64,000 nt of DNA from Neophaeotheca triangularis (GCA_054600435.1 BAAIJX010000019.1:248001-312000), one strand, 5' to 3'. Positions 34,872 to 46,194 are shown, counted from the stretch's first letter. Notes: generated from the letters alone by a model not told the origin. Translations and numbers: made by a program.

Positions 34872-35290
34872 GTAAGACTAGTGAATTCCTGAGCATCCAA
34901 TCAACCGCACATTTACTACCTTCTCGTGCTAACGACCTACCCGGACGAAAGCCACCCATCTACCGAGAAAAGCCCCAGACCACACCGTCCGAGAGCACCG
35001 CAAACACCCAAACCCAGAATGTTTAGCAAAAACCGCGCTAAAGCCATAGCAAGCGGCCGTGCTATCAAGCCCCCTGCAGAACCCCCCGACATCATTACGG
35101 GTAACTGTGTGGACTGTAAACCCATCTAGGTAGACGATGGGTAACGTGAATTGTAAAAGCGCGAGAGCGCTACTGAGACCCACCGTGCCTTGAACTTGAG
35201 GGGGAAATTACATGCCGCCAATTTGACTTGGAAGTCTGCATCACGTTATAGGCAACGCATTGTCGGCGGGCCTGGGGGGGTGGGTCTCCA
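34872..35290 (+). ncRNA. Candidate structured non-coding or micro-ORF transcript (unassigned)
   Basis: Intron-like GTAAGA(34872)...GCTAAC(34928)...AAG(34951), followed by at least five hairpins including a GAGA tetraloop. There is no long ORF and I recognise no family. Confidence 0.25.
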
Positions 35291-35555
35291 ACACTGTCAT
35301 CCTAAATGAGATGTGTATAGTCCTGCGTGTAGAGACGGCGGGTTTGGGAGAGTAATCGAGATGGCGAGAGTGCGAGAGTGTAGGGAGTGAGCCGAAAATA
35401 TAAAACTTAGCCGTTGGATTCCGTGGCAAGCAGTCAGAAGAGCAATCGTGACACCATGGTGGTAGACAAGACAGTCATTCCGAACGAAAAAAGACAACAT
35501 CAAAACAGCTAAACAGCCAAACCTCCCAAACCCACCCAACCCCACTTCGAACAAC

Positions 35556-36680
35556 CTACCCCCCACCACCCTCCCCCTCCCTAGCGGAAAAAAGCCCCTC
35601 AAAGACCCCATCAGCCCTCTCAACCACTCCAACCGCCTCTTCCCACTTCCCATTCCCCTCAACACCAACCACCAGCCCCTCCAGCAACCTGACCAGCTGC
35701 CTCAACTCCCCCTTCAAAACTCCAATCTCCTCTTCCACTCCCCCGCCCTCGAGACCAGCCACAGAACCCCAAGCCCCGCAGACCGCGTCCAGGACTTCGA
35801 CCCACCATCCGCTTTGTCCCCGATTGCCATTCCCAGCCCCGGTCGCGGCGACAGCGATGCGCGGCCATGCGTTCAGAACTACGGCTTGCAGGGCTTTCGT
35901 CGCGGCTAGCAGAGTTGGAAGCGTGGTTTGCGTTGAGCAGAGGAGGTGTTTGAGGACTGGGACGAGGGTCTGTAAGTGCGGGGTTGTTGCTAGGGCTAGG
36001 TTGTCCACGAGGGGAGTGAGGTGGGTGAGGAGCGCGGTCTGCAATGGCGCATAGGGCGTGAGGGCGTGGAGATTGGTGATTGTGCGGTGGAGGAGGATGG
36101 TGAGGGATTTTTCTTTTCCTTTGGAGGCGGTGGTAGGATCGGTTGTGGACGTTGAGGTGGAGGGAAAACGGGCGGCGTGTAGGGCTAAGAGAGCCGGGTA
36201 GGTTGCGTCTTGGAGGGCGAGAGCCTCATGTTCCGGGGTTATGGGGGGGATGAAAGTGGTGCAGGGGAATAGGGCGTCGTGGAACACTTGGCCGAGACCG
36301 GTGCGTGTGAGGAGCGAGGGAGGCGTTACTGCCAGAAGGAAATGCGTAAGTTCGGCGCCGAGGGTTTTGTATTTGCTTTCCCAGTCATCGAGGAGAGTGA
36401 GAAGAGGTGGTACTACGAGCGGCCAAACATCTTCTACGGTTGCGGGAGAAAGATTTTGCAGACTCCAGAGCAGTAGATCTAGTACGTATGCCTCCTTCTC
36501 GCTCTTCCAGGGTTTCGTTTCCGCCTCGCTAGCACTTTGTATCCCGATCTTTGGCGGTGGTACGGTTTTGATGTTTTTGCGTCCTTCAGTGGTCACGCTC
36601 TGCGGCTTGGCCTTTGCGAATGACGGACGAATGGTAAGCTTCAGAAAGTGACTCACGAGGGCGCGGGTGAGCTCACCATT
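35556..36680 (-). other. TTI2: Tti2 (TTT complex, DUF2454)-like HEAT-repeat domain within the CCA1 reading frame
   Basis: IRPSFAK...T.EGRK...KPWK...LLLWSL...WPLVVPPLLTLLDD...LLTRTGL.QVF.DAL.PC...PP.TPE...NAWPRI match my recollection of fungal Tti2 motifs. Confidence 0.75.
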
Positions 36681-38630
36681 GCAGTCTTGATCTTGGTGCG
36701 CCTTGACCGCTTCTATGGCTTCTTCTGCTTTGGCTTGGTCTGGGTGGCGGAGTTGGTAGGCCATGACTACATCTAGCGCATCCTTCATCCAAGGGCCGGG
36801 CTTGGTGTTGAGAGCTTTGGCAAGAGCTTTGCCATCGAGAAGAGGCTTGAAGTTGTACGCTTCGGAAAGGTTTAGCTCGAAGATGCGCTTGATCGTGGTG
36901 GAGAAGTCACTGTAGACACCTGGGAGACGTTAGGCTCAACTCATAATGCTATTGCGGTACATGAACTCACGATCTGCATTCTCGGTTTCGAGAGTGGCGA
37001 CGAGGAAAGCGTAAAGGCATTGAGTCTGCCAACTGGGACCTAAGTGGCGAATGACCATGCCTATACGCGCGCGCTCGCTTTCAAGCTTCCCCTTCTCTTC
37101 CGTCGATGTCCTGTTCAAAGACACGATCTCATCGACTAGAGCCAGAATGTCCGCACGGTTCCGAATAGAGGAAGTAACAATGTCGCAAACTTTATTCGTG
37201 GCTTTTAGGCCCTCCCTAGCAACCTGAGTTGCAGCTGGAGGCGGTGCTCGACGGCCTGGTTCAGAAGGTTCCTGCTGCGGTGCGTCGCAGTAGGGCACCA
37301 GAGCGCAAATGTGCCATGCAAAGAAGCGTTCTTCGGCGCCATTGGCGAGGTTCGCAATCTGACTCGCCTCATCTTGGAGCTCGTCCTGTAGGATATTGAC
37401 CGACTTGCCGAAACCTTGTGTGTCAGGCTCGAAGGAAAGCTTTTCGGTGTTCGTGGGGTCGCAAAAGATGGTCTCATAAAGGTCGAGGTCGTCTACCAGC
37501 TGCAGCGCCATGTGCGGGTCCGGACCTCGCAAACACTTCTCCATCTCAATGCCCACACGCTCTCTGCTGATCTTGCGTTGGAGGGCATCCTTGATTTCAG
37601 CGTTCCGCATTGCTTTCAAAGCCTCGTCTTCGATGCGATAACCGAGTCTGCTTGCAAATCGAATGAGGCGCAGAACCCGCAAAGGGTCGTCTCGGAACGT
37701 TTGGTACGGCTCGAGCGGAGTTCGAATGATCTTCTTCTGCATGTCTTGATGGCCAAGATTTGTATAGTCTTCAATCTTCTCTGTGTTAATGTTGTAAAAC
37801 ATTGCGTTGACAGTGGCGTCTCGACGGAGGGCATCCTCCTCGGCGGTGCCAAACTCCATCTGTGGGTTGCGACTGTCGTCGGTGTAGGTCTCTTTTCGCA
37901 AGTTGACCAGATCGATGTCTAAGCCCAGGATAGTGGTGGTCACCGTTTCAAGATGCTTTGACTTTTCGGGGTTCGCTTCGATCTTGTGAAGGCCACCAAC
38001 GGTCTTTGATTTGTCGGTGGTGCCGGCCTTTTGGCTCTGCTTGTCGTTCTTCGCTACACCGTCCAGGCCGTACTTCTCGGGGTTGCCGGGATGCTCAAGG
38101 TATTCCTTCAGCTTCAGGCCGAATTGGTAACCGGTCATCTTGTTGATGGCGACGTCGATATCGTGGCTTGGAACGCCAAGAAGCTTGTCGCGTACCCAGC
38201 CGCCAGTAAACCGAAGAATGATGTTCTCGTTCGCAAGCTCCTCTGGCAAGGAGACTTGGCTCTCAGCAGAGGAAGACGGCGGTGATTGATCGATGTAGCT
38301 AGCCACATCAAGTAGCATTCTGCGCAAAGTCGCTTCCACGGGAGTCAGTCCCAGGGTCGTGGGTACCTGGACATCGTCCTCGACCTCCTGGATGAGGGGA
38401 GACATGTTTGCCTTGGGAATCTCGCGACTTGGAGAATTTATGCTGAATTTTCGCCTTTTGTTGTTCCTTTCTTCAAGTGGTGCAGTAAAGGCGGAGCTGG
38501 GAGACATGCAAGACCGTTGTCGACATTGAATTGTTGTCTTCCACGTGACGCTGCAAAGTGAATGTTTCGAAGTCGAAGTTGTTTGCAAACGTGAAGCCGC
38601 TCTGTGAGTCAAACGGGCGCTAGGAAGCAT
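35556..38630 (-). CDS. CCA1: CCA tRNA nucleotidyltransferase fused in frame to a C-terminal Tti2-like domain (predicted 1007 aa); intron 36920-36970
   Basis: Class II CCA motifs GGWVRDKLLG, DIDVA, DLVNLRKETY, EEDALRRDATVNA, DDPLRVLRLIRFASR and KISRERVG. Exon 2 gives the CCA1 tail KPLLDGKAL...PGPWMKDALDVVMAYQL and continues with no stop to 35556. Confidence 0.9.
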
Positions 38631-39007
38631 CCACACTCTGATTCCAAGAAGCTCGAGAAGTAGTGGCTCAGTATAACTTTCGTAATGCCCTCGTCTCTAG
38701 CTACTGGGTCTTTGAGTAGTATTAGATATCAGGATGAAGGTTCCAATCAATGCTACGCTACCTCCCATATGTGAGAAGCCGCATGGCAAGGCGTGTTCCT
38801 GGCCGAAGTTCAGCCGCTCTCGGCTGTTCCTGCCTCGTATGCTTGCGACACTTCGTCTGAATGCCCATTCGCCATGTAACAGTTGATCACGAGCTGAATT
38901 ACACTCTCTCCTTTCCAAGTACACTCTGGATCTTCACCACTGGACACAGATGACCCGCGCAAAATCAAACTCTTTCACGCTTGATCGCCGAAGACCAGGC
39001 CTCTCTG

Positions 39008-41446
39008 ATGACATCGACGCCTCCTCTACAACCCGGCCAGGACACCATCGTCTTACCTCGGACCAGACACCCTGACGAGAAAGAGAAGGAGAAGCCGTCG
39101 CCTCTGTCGTCAGTCGCCAACCTTCCATATCGCCGCTCGAATGCCTCTCTATCCACGCTTTTCGCCTCGACTAGCTCGCTCCCGACGACGGCGGATCATG
39201 GCCACTCTGGTAGCGATACGCAAACGGTGACCCCTCCCGTAGGGGGTGTCAATGGTTCCCTATTCAGTCCTCCGGCGCCTGCGAGCACCAAAGCCTCATC
39301 GCCGGCTCCTCTGGGGAAAGCGGGCAATGAGACGAGGGATGTGATATTGCAGGCTTTCTCCCCACATGTTTCCATACTGGCGTCGCCAGATACGGAGGAG
39401 CTCATACGGCACAAAGGGATTCACGGAGGGTTGTTGCAGCTCTTAAGACCTTATGGCGAGCACATACAGGGAAAGGTTACGATTCGAGATCACACAGGCG
39501 TTAGCAGATCATGGGATGATTTTGCGGTACGGTTCACTGGAGTCAAGGATGGGTTGGATAGTCCGAGGCTGGCAGACAGGAGTAGTATGGACTCCTTGGG
39601 CAGCCAAAAACGCATGTCTCTGCAGGAGTACTTCCCGGCTAGGTTGCGGACTGGTGGCGATGTTCAGCAGATTGAGGAGCTTGTTGAGCGGCATCTTACT
39701 TTTGCCGAGGAGAACTCTGGACCTGTCATGACGGATTACATGAATCACAAAGAAGAGTTGAACAAGGGTCCCGGATCAGTGTCGCCCTTCCACCTGCTAT
39801 ACATGCGCCGATTACTGTCCGGTCTTCCCCTGGTCCCCTCCGAGACGTTCTCACATCCTGTCGCATCCGTTATAGCCATATCATCACGCTCGCCAAATCC
39901 GATTGAAGAGCTTAGATCGCTGTACGCCTCTTCGAACAGCGGCGAAGATCGATTGCCGCCATGGGTGCACAATGAATTTTTACGGTACTATATCCTGATA
40001 CATGACGAAGATTATGACGATATTCGCAAATCAATGAGCCTTTACGACCAGATGAAGAGGCATTTCGGCCTTCATTGTCATTTGTTACGCTTACGAAGCA
40101 CGCAGTGCGTGCCCACGGACGACGAAGCCGTCAAGCTCCCGGGTTGCGAGTGGACTTCAGCTGCAGAGGAACTTGCTGAAATCGTGCGGCGAGAGTCTAG
40201 TGACGACGACTTAGACTCTACGCCATGCGTGTTCGAATCAGACGCCAACGCACTGAAAGCTTTAGTCCGTGAAATGGTAACCCAAAGCATCATCCCAAGC
40301 ATGGAACGGGCTTCTGCCACGTGGAACGACCAAGTAGCGTCCCGTCGAAGAGGCATCAGCGGCCGCTTCATGTCCCTGTCCAAACGCTTCACAACGTTTG
40401 GCAACCGTGGAGCTAGCGGGCCCTCTCTCGGGGGAGGCGGCGGCGGCGGCAACTACGACGGCTTGCAAGGAGTATACCGCCCCGACGCCCCAGAATCCAT
40501 TCTACGAAAACTCGCAGACTACGCCATGATGCTCCGCGACCACAAACTGGCTCAAACAACGTACGAGATCCTCTGCCAAGACTATAAGACCGACAAAGCC
40601 TGGCGGCACTACGCTGGCGCCAACGAGATGGCCGCAGTGAGCACGCTGCTAGCCACCAACAACATGTCCAGCAAAACACGAGTTGAAAGCGTCGACGCCT
40701 ACCTCGAAGCCGCCTATTACTCTTACATAACCCGCGTCAACGCCCCGTACAACGCCCTCCGCACTCTCATCTTCGGCACCGAGCTGCTCAAACTCCGCGG
40801 CGGCAGCGCCCTCGATGACGCCGCCCGCTGGTGCACCAAAATCCTTGACGACCGGCTCATTGGCCCCACCGGCCATGCTCTGCTGACAGAACGTATCGCC
40901 CTCTGCTTCGCAGAGCGCAAAGGTGTCGGCGGCCTCAAAACGGGCGAAAGAAGACGCAAAGCCGCTTTCTGGAACCTCCTCGCCACAGATGCCTGGCTAC
41001 AGCAAGACAAGACCAGCCAAGCGGAGAAATGCCTCGTGGAAGCCACAAAACTCTACGGTCTCGACGATGGCACCGTTGCCTTTGAGCACATTGCAGCCTT
41101 CCTCGCTTCTCTCCGGGAAACGGTCCGCGTCAATCGCCCAGGAATACAGCATCTCGACGTCGAAGCCGCAGCTGCCGCCGACGAGGAAGCAACTGTCGTC
41201 GAGGCGCTGCAATCAGAGCAGACCGCTCCGACGTCGCCCCTCCACTCGCCCTCTCTGCACCGCAAGAGCCTGAGTCTGGCCGCCGGGCAAATGCCGGCCT
41301 CTTCGCCAGCGCAAGCGAGTTTCGACCCCTTGGGTGCAGTGCCAAGCGCCTACGCCGAGGACGAGGAGCGCGTGCCCATGAGCCCTGTGCCGGCTAGCCC
41401 GAATGCTGGCGCGAGAGGGCGTAGCGAGGACGACGGGTTCGAGTAG
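39008..41446 (+). CDS. TRS85: TRAPP III-specific subunit Trs85 (TRAPPC8)
   Basis: Motifs ETFSHPVASVIAISS, LRYYILIHDE, MKRHFGLHCHLLRL, REMVTQSIIP.MER, WNDQVASRRRGISGRF, LRKLADYAMML.D and DKAW.HYAGANEM. Confidence 0.92.
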   Translation: MTSTPPLQPGQDTIVLPRTRHPDEKEKEKPSPLSSVANLPYRRSNASLSTLFASTSSLPTTADHGHSGSDTQTVTPPVGGVNGSLFSPPAPASTKASSPAPLGKAGNETRDVILQAFSPHVSILASPDTEELIRHKGIHGGLLQLLRPYGEHIQGKVTIRDHTGVSRSWDDFAVRFTGVKDGLDSPRLADRSSMDSLGSQKRMSLQEYFPARLRTGGDVQQIEELVERHLTFAEENSGPVMTDYMNHKEELNKGPGSVSPFHLLYMRRLLSGLPLVPSETFSHPVASVIAISSRSPNPIEELRSLYASSNSGEDRLPPWVHNEFLRYYILIHDEDYDDIRKSMSLYDQMKRHFGLHCHLLRLRSTQCVPTDDEAVKLPGCEWTSAAEELAEIVRRESSDDDLDSTPCVFESDANALKALVREMVTQSIIPSMERASATWNDQVASRRRGISGRFMSLSKRFTTFGNRGASGPSLGGGGGGGNYDGLQGVYRPDAPESILRKLADYAMMLRDHKLAQTTYEILCQDYKTDKAWRHYAGANEMAAVSTLLATNNMSSKTRVESVDAYLEAAYYSYITRVNAPYNALRTLIFGTELLKLRGGSALDDAARWCTKILDDRLIGPTGHALLTERIALCFAERKGVGGLKTGERRRKAAFWNLLATDAWLQQDKTSQAEKCLVEATKLYGLDDGTVAFEHIAAFLASLRETVRVNRPGIQHLDVEAAAAADEEATVVEALQSEQTAPTSPLHSPSLHRKSLSLAAGQMPASSPAQASFDPLGAVPSAYAEDEERVPMSPVPASPNAGARGRSEDDGFE

Positions 41447-43166
41447 ATACAGTGCTGAGGTAAATTTGACTTTTTTTGCATTTAGCGATGGCGCGGTGGG
41501 AGTTGGGGTGGGATTTGATCTTTCCCGTGGCCCATGGCCGTGTGGCCCATGGTCGTCTGCAACTGGACTGTAGCAGTAGTAGTATAGTAAAGTTGTGGCA
41601 GGCAACAGATGGCTAGAACACACGCTTTTGCTTTGACGTCGAAAAAGTTCCCCTGGATCGGACTTGTTCGGCCCCCACATCTAGTCGCGCAAACTCTCCC
41701 AGCCATCCATCATGTCCTTCCTCTCGCTCGACAGCGTGTCCGGGCCGTTGCCATGTGAGCTGCTTCGACCGTCGTCGTTGCTAAGCACGCGGGGCTTTCC
41801 CACTCAAGCAACGACGCGTCTTCTGTTAGACCTCCACTTTGCCGTGCCGTGCCGGTCCTCCCGATGTCAAGTTGGAAGTCTTTTTTCCTTCCCCCTGAGG
41901 GTGGCTTCTGGCTGCTGGTTGCCGAACCTGCTGGCTACCGACTACTAACGAAGACTACTACTAACCGACCCTGACTGACAGTGGAAGCTAAGGTAAAGCT
42001 GGCTACCTTTTCCAAGATAACTACCGCAGACGCCCCGACGTCCCACCACCAGCACCACGAAACGGAATCGCCCCACTCCAGCTCCAGCTGCGATCAGATC
42101 TCGCGAAGCTCGCTCGAGCGTCTTTTTGTGGAACCGTCACCGCACCTTACCGTGTCCTTCTGGACTACCACTGTCCCCGTCGCGCGAGTTGCGTGGTAGG
42201 TAAAGTGAGACGACGGGGCTGAAATTACGAGCGTCAAGGTTTTTCTTTTCCTTGCGTGGGAAGGCTGGTGGGATGAGCAATTGAGCATGTATGTTCGGGC
42301 GGAGCTAACGGGGGGAGTGTTTCGAGGACGCGACGCGCGGGTTTCCGGGATTTTCGGGGGTTTTCTTGACACTAACAATACGATTCTTTTCAGCCTGGCT
42401 CGATGGCGGAGACGGGACATGTTGTTAGTAATTATTTTATATATTTACCTTGATGGTGGTGGTCTATGTAGCAGTCGGGTGTTGTTATTAAACGGCTACC
42501 GCGCCTGGGGCGGAGAAGAAGGAAAACCCCTAGGGTCTCAGTCAACGGGCGCAATGATAATAATAATAGTGCCATTGTTACTAGTCAGTCACGGACCCGT
42601 AGATCTCCATGTTGCCCTTGAGACTTGTGGAGACGGGTGGAGAGAGCAAAGACGGGCGGTGGCCAGCTTGGTGAGCTTGCTTGCGTCGCTTCTGCGCTTG
42701 TCTTCACCGCCACCGACTTCGTCAACACTGTGAGTGTGAGTCTGTAACGGTACGGAAGTTAGCTGGGCAGCTCAGCTCATGCAAGTCATACGCGCATGTT
42801 TGCCTTTAGGCATGGCGTAGCTGCTGTCGATCACTGACGAGAGGAAGTAGGCAGGGCTGTGGTGGGTATCTGCGGCCAGCCATCTCTGCCCCCTACTGTG
42901 GGCGGTGTTGCGTAAGTCGTACTCTTTGTAGGATGGTCAATGGCTGGGAAGTGGTGCTTGCTTCACGCCGGACAGGATACTTAAGGCAAGGGCTCTCTGC
43001 TTGTCCAACGGTGCTTTACCCTTGATATCACATCTTCACTTTCTCCCTTTCCCTCTTCTTCATCGATTTAATACAACCAGTAATCTACTTCATCCATTCA
43101 TCGCCGTCACACCGCAAAAAGCAAAGCAGCCAGCCACCACTCCACAACCACATAGCCTCACCAATA

Positions 43167-43896
43167 ATGCATCTCTCCACCACCCTCGTCGCCACCACCA
43201 CCCTCCTCACCACCGCCCTCGCCCAAGCCACCGTCAACACAACCGGAACCCGCACTTACTACCTACGCACCTGCGTCCGCGACGGCCAAGAAGACAAAGC
43301 CCAATTCGACAACCTCTACCTCCAATCCTACCACACAGGCGTAAGCTCCCTCGCCAATCGAAACCCACCCTACCCTCCCCTCCAAACTAACCACCCAATC
43401 TCCAGGCCGGTCTGGGCGACGCAACCCTCTCGACCTCTAACAGCAGCGAAGCCGCCATCGGCTACCTCACACCCCTCAACATCACCAGCGACGACGGCAC
43501 CCCGCTCTCGCAACAGAACCTCGATCTCGGGAACCCATTCCCCTGGACGCTGCTCCCGCAGCCCAACACGGTGGCTTACACGCAATGGCAACCGGTGCGC
43601 ATCAACGCCGCCGGATCCCGCGCGACGCTCGCGAACACGGGATTCTACATCGACGAGGAGACGGGTTTGCAGTGGGCTTTTGAGGGCTTCGCAGGGTGGA
43701 GGGGTAAGTTGCTTTCATATCCCTACAGTTCCTTTTTCTGGGGGGTTTGGCTTGGTTGCTGACTTTTGCCATTGTAGTTTGCGAATGGTGGCACGGCGTT
43801 CCCCAGCTGTTCTTCAATGTTCCCGGCTTCTCTGGCAGCGAGCCGAGTGAGCCGGAGAGTTGCGCGGACGTTGACCTGATGCCGGAGTACATCTAG
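43167..43896 (+). CDS. Small secreted uncharacterised fungal protein; introns 43341-43405 and ~43704-43778
   Basis: Signal peptide MHLSTTLVATTTLLTTALA. The spliced product reads YLQSYHTGAGLGDATL...Y.QWQPVRINA...CEWWHGVPQLF...SCADVDL, a pattern I recall from a conserved fungal family. Confidence 0.8.
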
Positions 43897-45108
43897 ACGA
43901 GGTTGGGAGTGTATAGAGGGAGGGCCGGTCCGGACGGCGGATGTTTGGATCGGACACTATCGGAAGGGGGTCGTGTAATATTATGTGGTGGAGATGGATG
44001 GCAGGCTTTGGGCGCCGAATGGCGATGCTTGTCTCAAGGGACACTTTTGAGGTGATGCAGCGATGGGATTCATGACTTACTATACCTAATGACCAAAAGT
44101 ACTAGTAGATAGTACCCTAATAGAGAAGACGTAGCTGTCAACATATAACAACTTGCCCGCTATTGCGTATTGACCCTACCTAGGTATCGATTCCGGAGTG
44201 ATAATAATTCTGTATTGAAACAGATACGTTACGTTAGTTGAGAATTCGAGTGGGAAGGCTATATACTTCAAACGCCACGCGAGCGGTCGACTTTGTCTTT
44301 ACCCTTAAAAACCAGCACCTACCTACCTACCTATCTTCTAGACCTCGCCCGAGTCGCCTCTCCCACGTTCAAAAGCAATCTCACAGTCCACACACGCCTC
44401 CATCAACGCCTGTAATCAGCTCCAAATTTCAAACCCTCGCACGAGCTGTTTCCCGTTTCAACATACCGTGTCCATGCCCAATGGGAACTTTCACATGCGC
44501 CCTCCACTGAGCAAGCACACCCTTCACCTCACCTCACCAGCTGCTCATACCTACCTAAGGTACTAGTAGGTACCCCGCAAAGCACCTCACCTAGGTAGCT
44601 ACCCCACATTGTCCACCCCCGCAATGCTTGTCCCAGACCACCTCACGGCTCAAGATGCAAGGCCAAGCCCCCCTTGAAGTTGAAGCCCAGGTTTCCGTCG
44701 AGGCGGACGTCATCACTCTTGCTCTCCGATCGCTTCAGTCGGTCTCGACGTGTCTGTCTGTGCCCAAGATTGTCTTGAGGAGTTTGGGTTGGTTGCGGGA
44801 GGGGGGTGTAATCAGCTGTCCTGGCGAGAACATGGAGCTCGTAGACTTCTATGGTGCGGGGAGCAGTGGGGAGTTACGTAGGTGGGTGGGCGTAACGTTT
44901 AGAAGGTACCTAGGACTGGAAGGTACCTAGAGAAGGTGATCGCGTGTCACTACTGGGTGTGGGACGGGAAGGTCACACCACAGCTGAGGTACCTCCTACC
45001 TAGGTACTGTCCTTCTTCTCCCTCTCGCTCTGCTCCACTCTGCTCAAGCTCTCCTCTCACCATTATCCACCATCGTCATCTCCCCATCTAGGTAAACAGC
45101 AAAACCTC

Positions 45109-45135
45109 CCATCCATCCATCCATCCATCCATCCA
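45109..45135. repeat. (CCAT)n microsatellite
   Basis: About 6-7 units upstream of the con-8-like gene. Confidence 0.85.
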
Positions 45136-45218
45136 TTCCACTCCACTCCAACCCCAACACCCAAGCCAACCCACCACCCAAACCACCCCCAACCTGAAAC
45201 GAAACCAAAACAAACACC

Positions 45219-45765
45219 ATGTCCTCCCCCACATCAAACACCTGGCAAGACCGCCGCGGCCTCTTCCAACGCGGCAAAGAACTGCACGAACCAGGCAAAC
45301 CAGCACGCACGAGCGGCGAGCTTTCCGAAACCATGCGCCGAGCCTCGACGACTTCCAGCAGCGGAAGCGCGGCCGCCGGCTTAGAAAAGACAATGAGCGG
45401 CAGTTCTGCCGCCGGCGGTGCTACTGCCGCTGGGAACAGGAGGAGGGTGAGTTCTTTTTCTCAAAAAAAAAAAACCCCCCCCTTCCTCATGTCCGAGGGG
45501 ACTTTTGTCACAAACTAATACTTACCCCCCTTATCCTGAATAGTCTTCGAATCAGAACGGTTCTCTCTTTAATAACCTCAATCAGCAAAAGCGCGGGAGC
45601 CAGGATTACGGTGAGCGGCGGGCGAGCTGGGCTGAGATGCAAGGGAGTGCTGGACAGGGTGTGGTGAGTGGGTGGTTTAATAAGACTTTTAGGGGGGTGC
45701 AGCCGGGGTCGACGGCGGCGGCTGGGGCTGAGGGAGGGGCCGGGTTGAATGAGGGGAAGAAGTGA
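45219..45765 (+). CDS. Small hydrophilic protein resembling conidiation-specific protein 8 (con-8-like); intron 45447-45543
   Basis: The spliced product has RRRSS...LFNNLNQQKRGSQD...RRASWAEM...GVVSGWFNKTFRG, with several RRxS PKA-type sites. Confidence 0.65.
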
Positions 45766-46194
45766 GAGAGGGGGGGAGTTGGTTGGGCTTCAGTTTCTTT
45801 GGAGGGGCTTGTGTGGAAGTGGTTATTAGAGAAGGGGGTTTGCGGTCATGGGGTTTGTTGTTGCCTTGAGGGAGTGGAGGGCGCTCCAGACGGGGGTTGC
45901 GGGGCTTGTTTTGTGATTTGTGCTTTTGGGTCTAGCACATGTAATTGTATTTGTTTTCCCTTCCGTTCCTTGCACTACGTACAAGATTTCCATGAACGTT
46001 CGTCTGCAGTCTTTCATGCGTGCGTGTGTGGTCCAATACACTTTGCCCTCCAAAACTCCGTGTTTGATTTCCAGAGATGGCAGCGCCAGTGCAGTGCACG
46101 CCTAAGCCCGCATCTCCCAAAGCCCATAGCAATCATTTCGTCGTACCTACGTTTCGTTAGCTGAACCGCATCCAAGACTCCACCACCCCCGAAA

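Noticed and set aside
33702..35550. Telomerase RNA candidate in the ~1.9-kb intergenic region
   Set aside because: I found no TAACCCTAA-type template on either strand; the nearest is CTTACCCTAC at ~33993.
35556..36788. Independent 410-aa TTI2 gene as drawn by the ORF track
   Set aside because: Its first Met lies inside the conserved CCA1 C-terminal motif (PW-MKDALD), in the same frame as CCA1 exon 2, with no separate promoter space.
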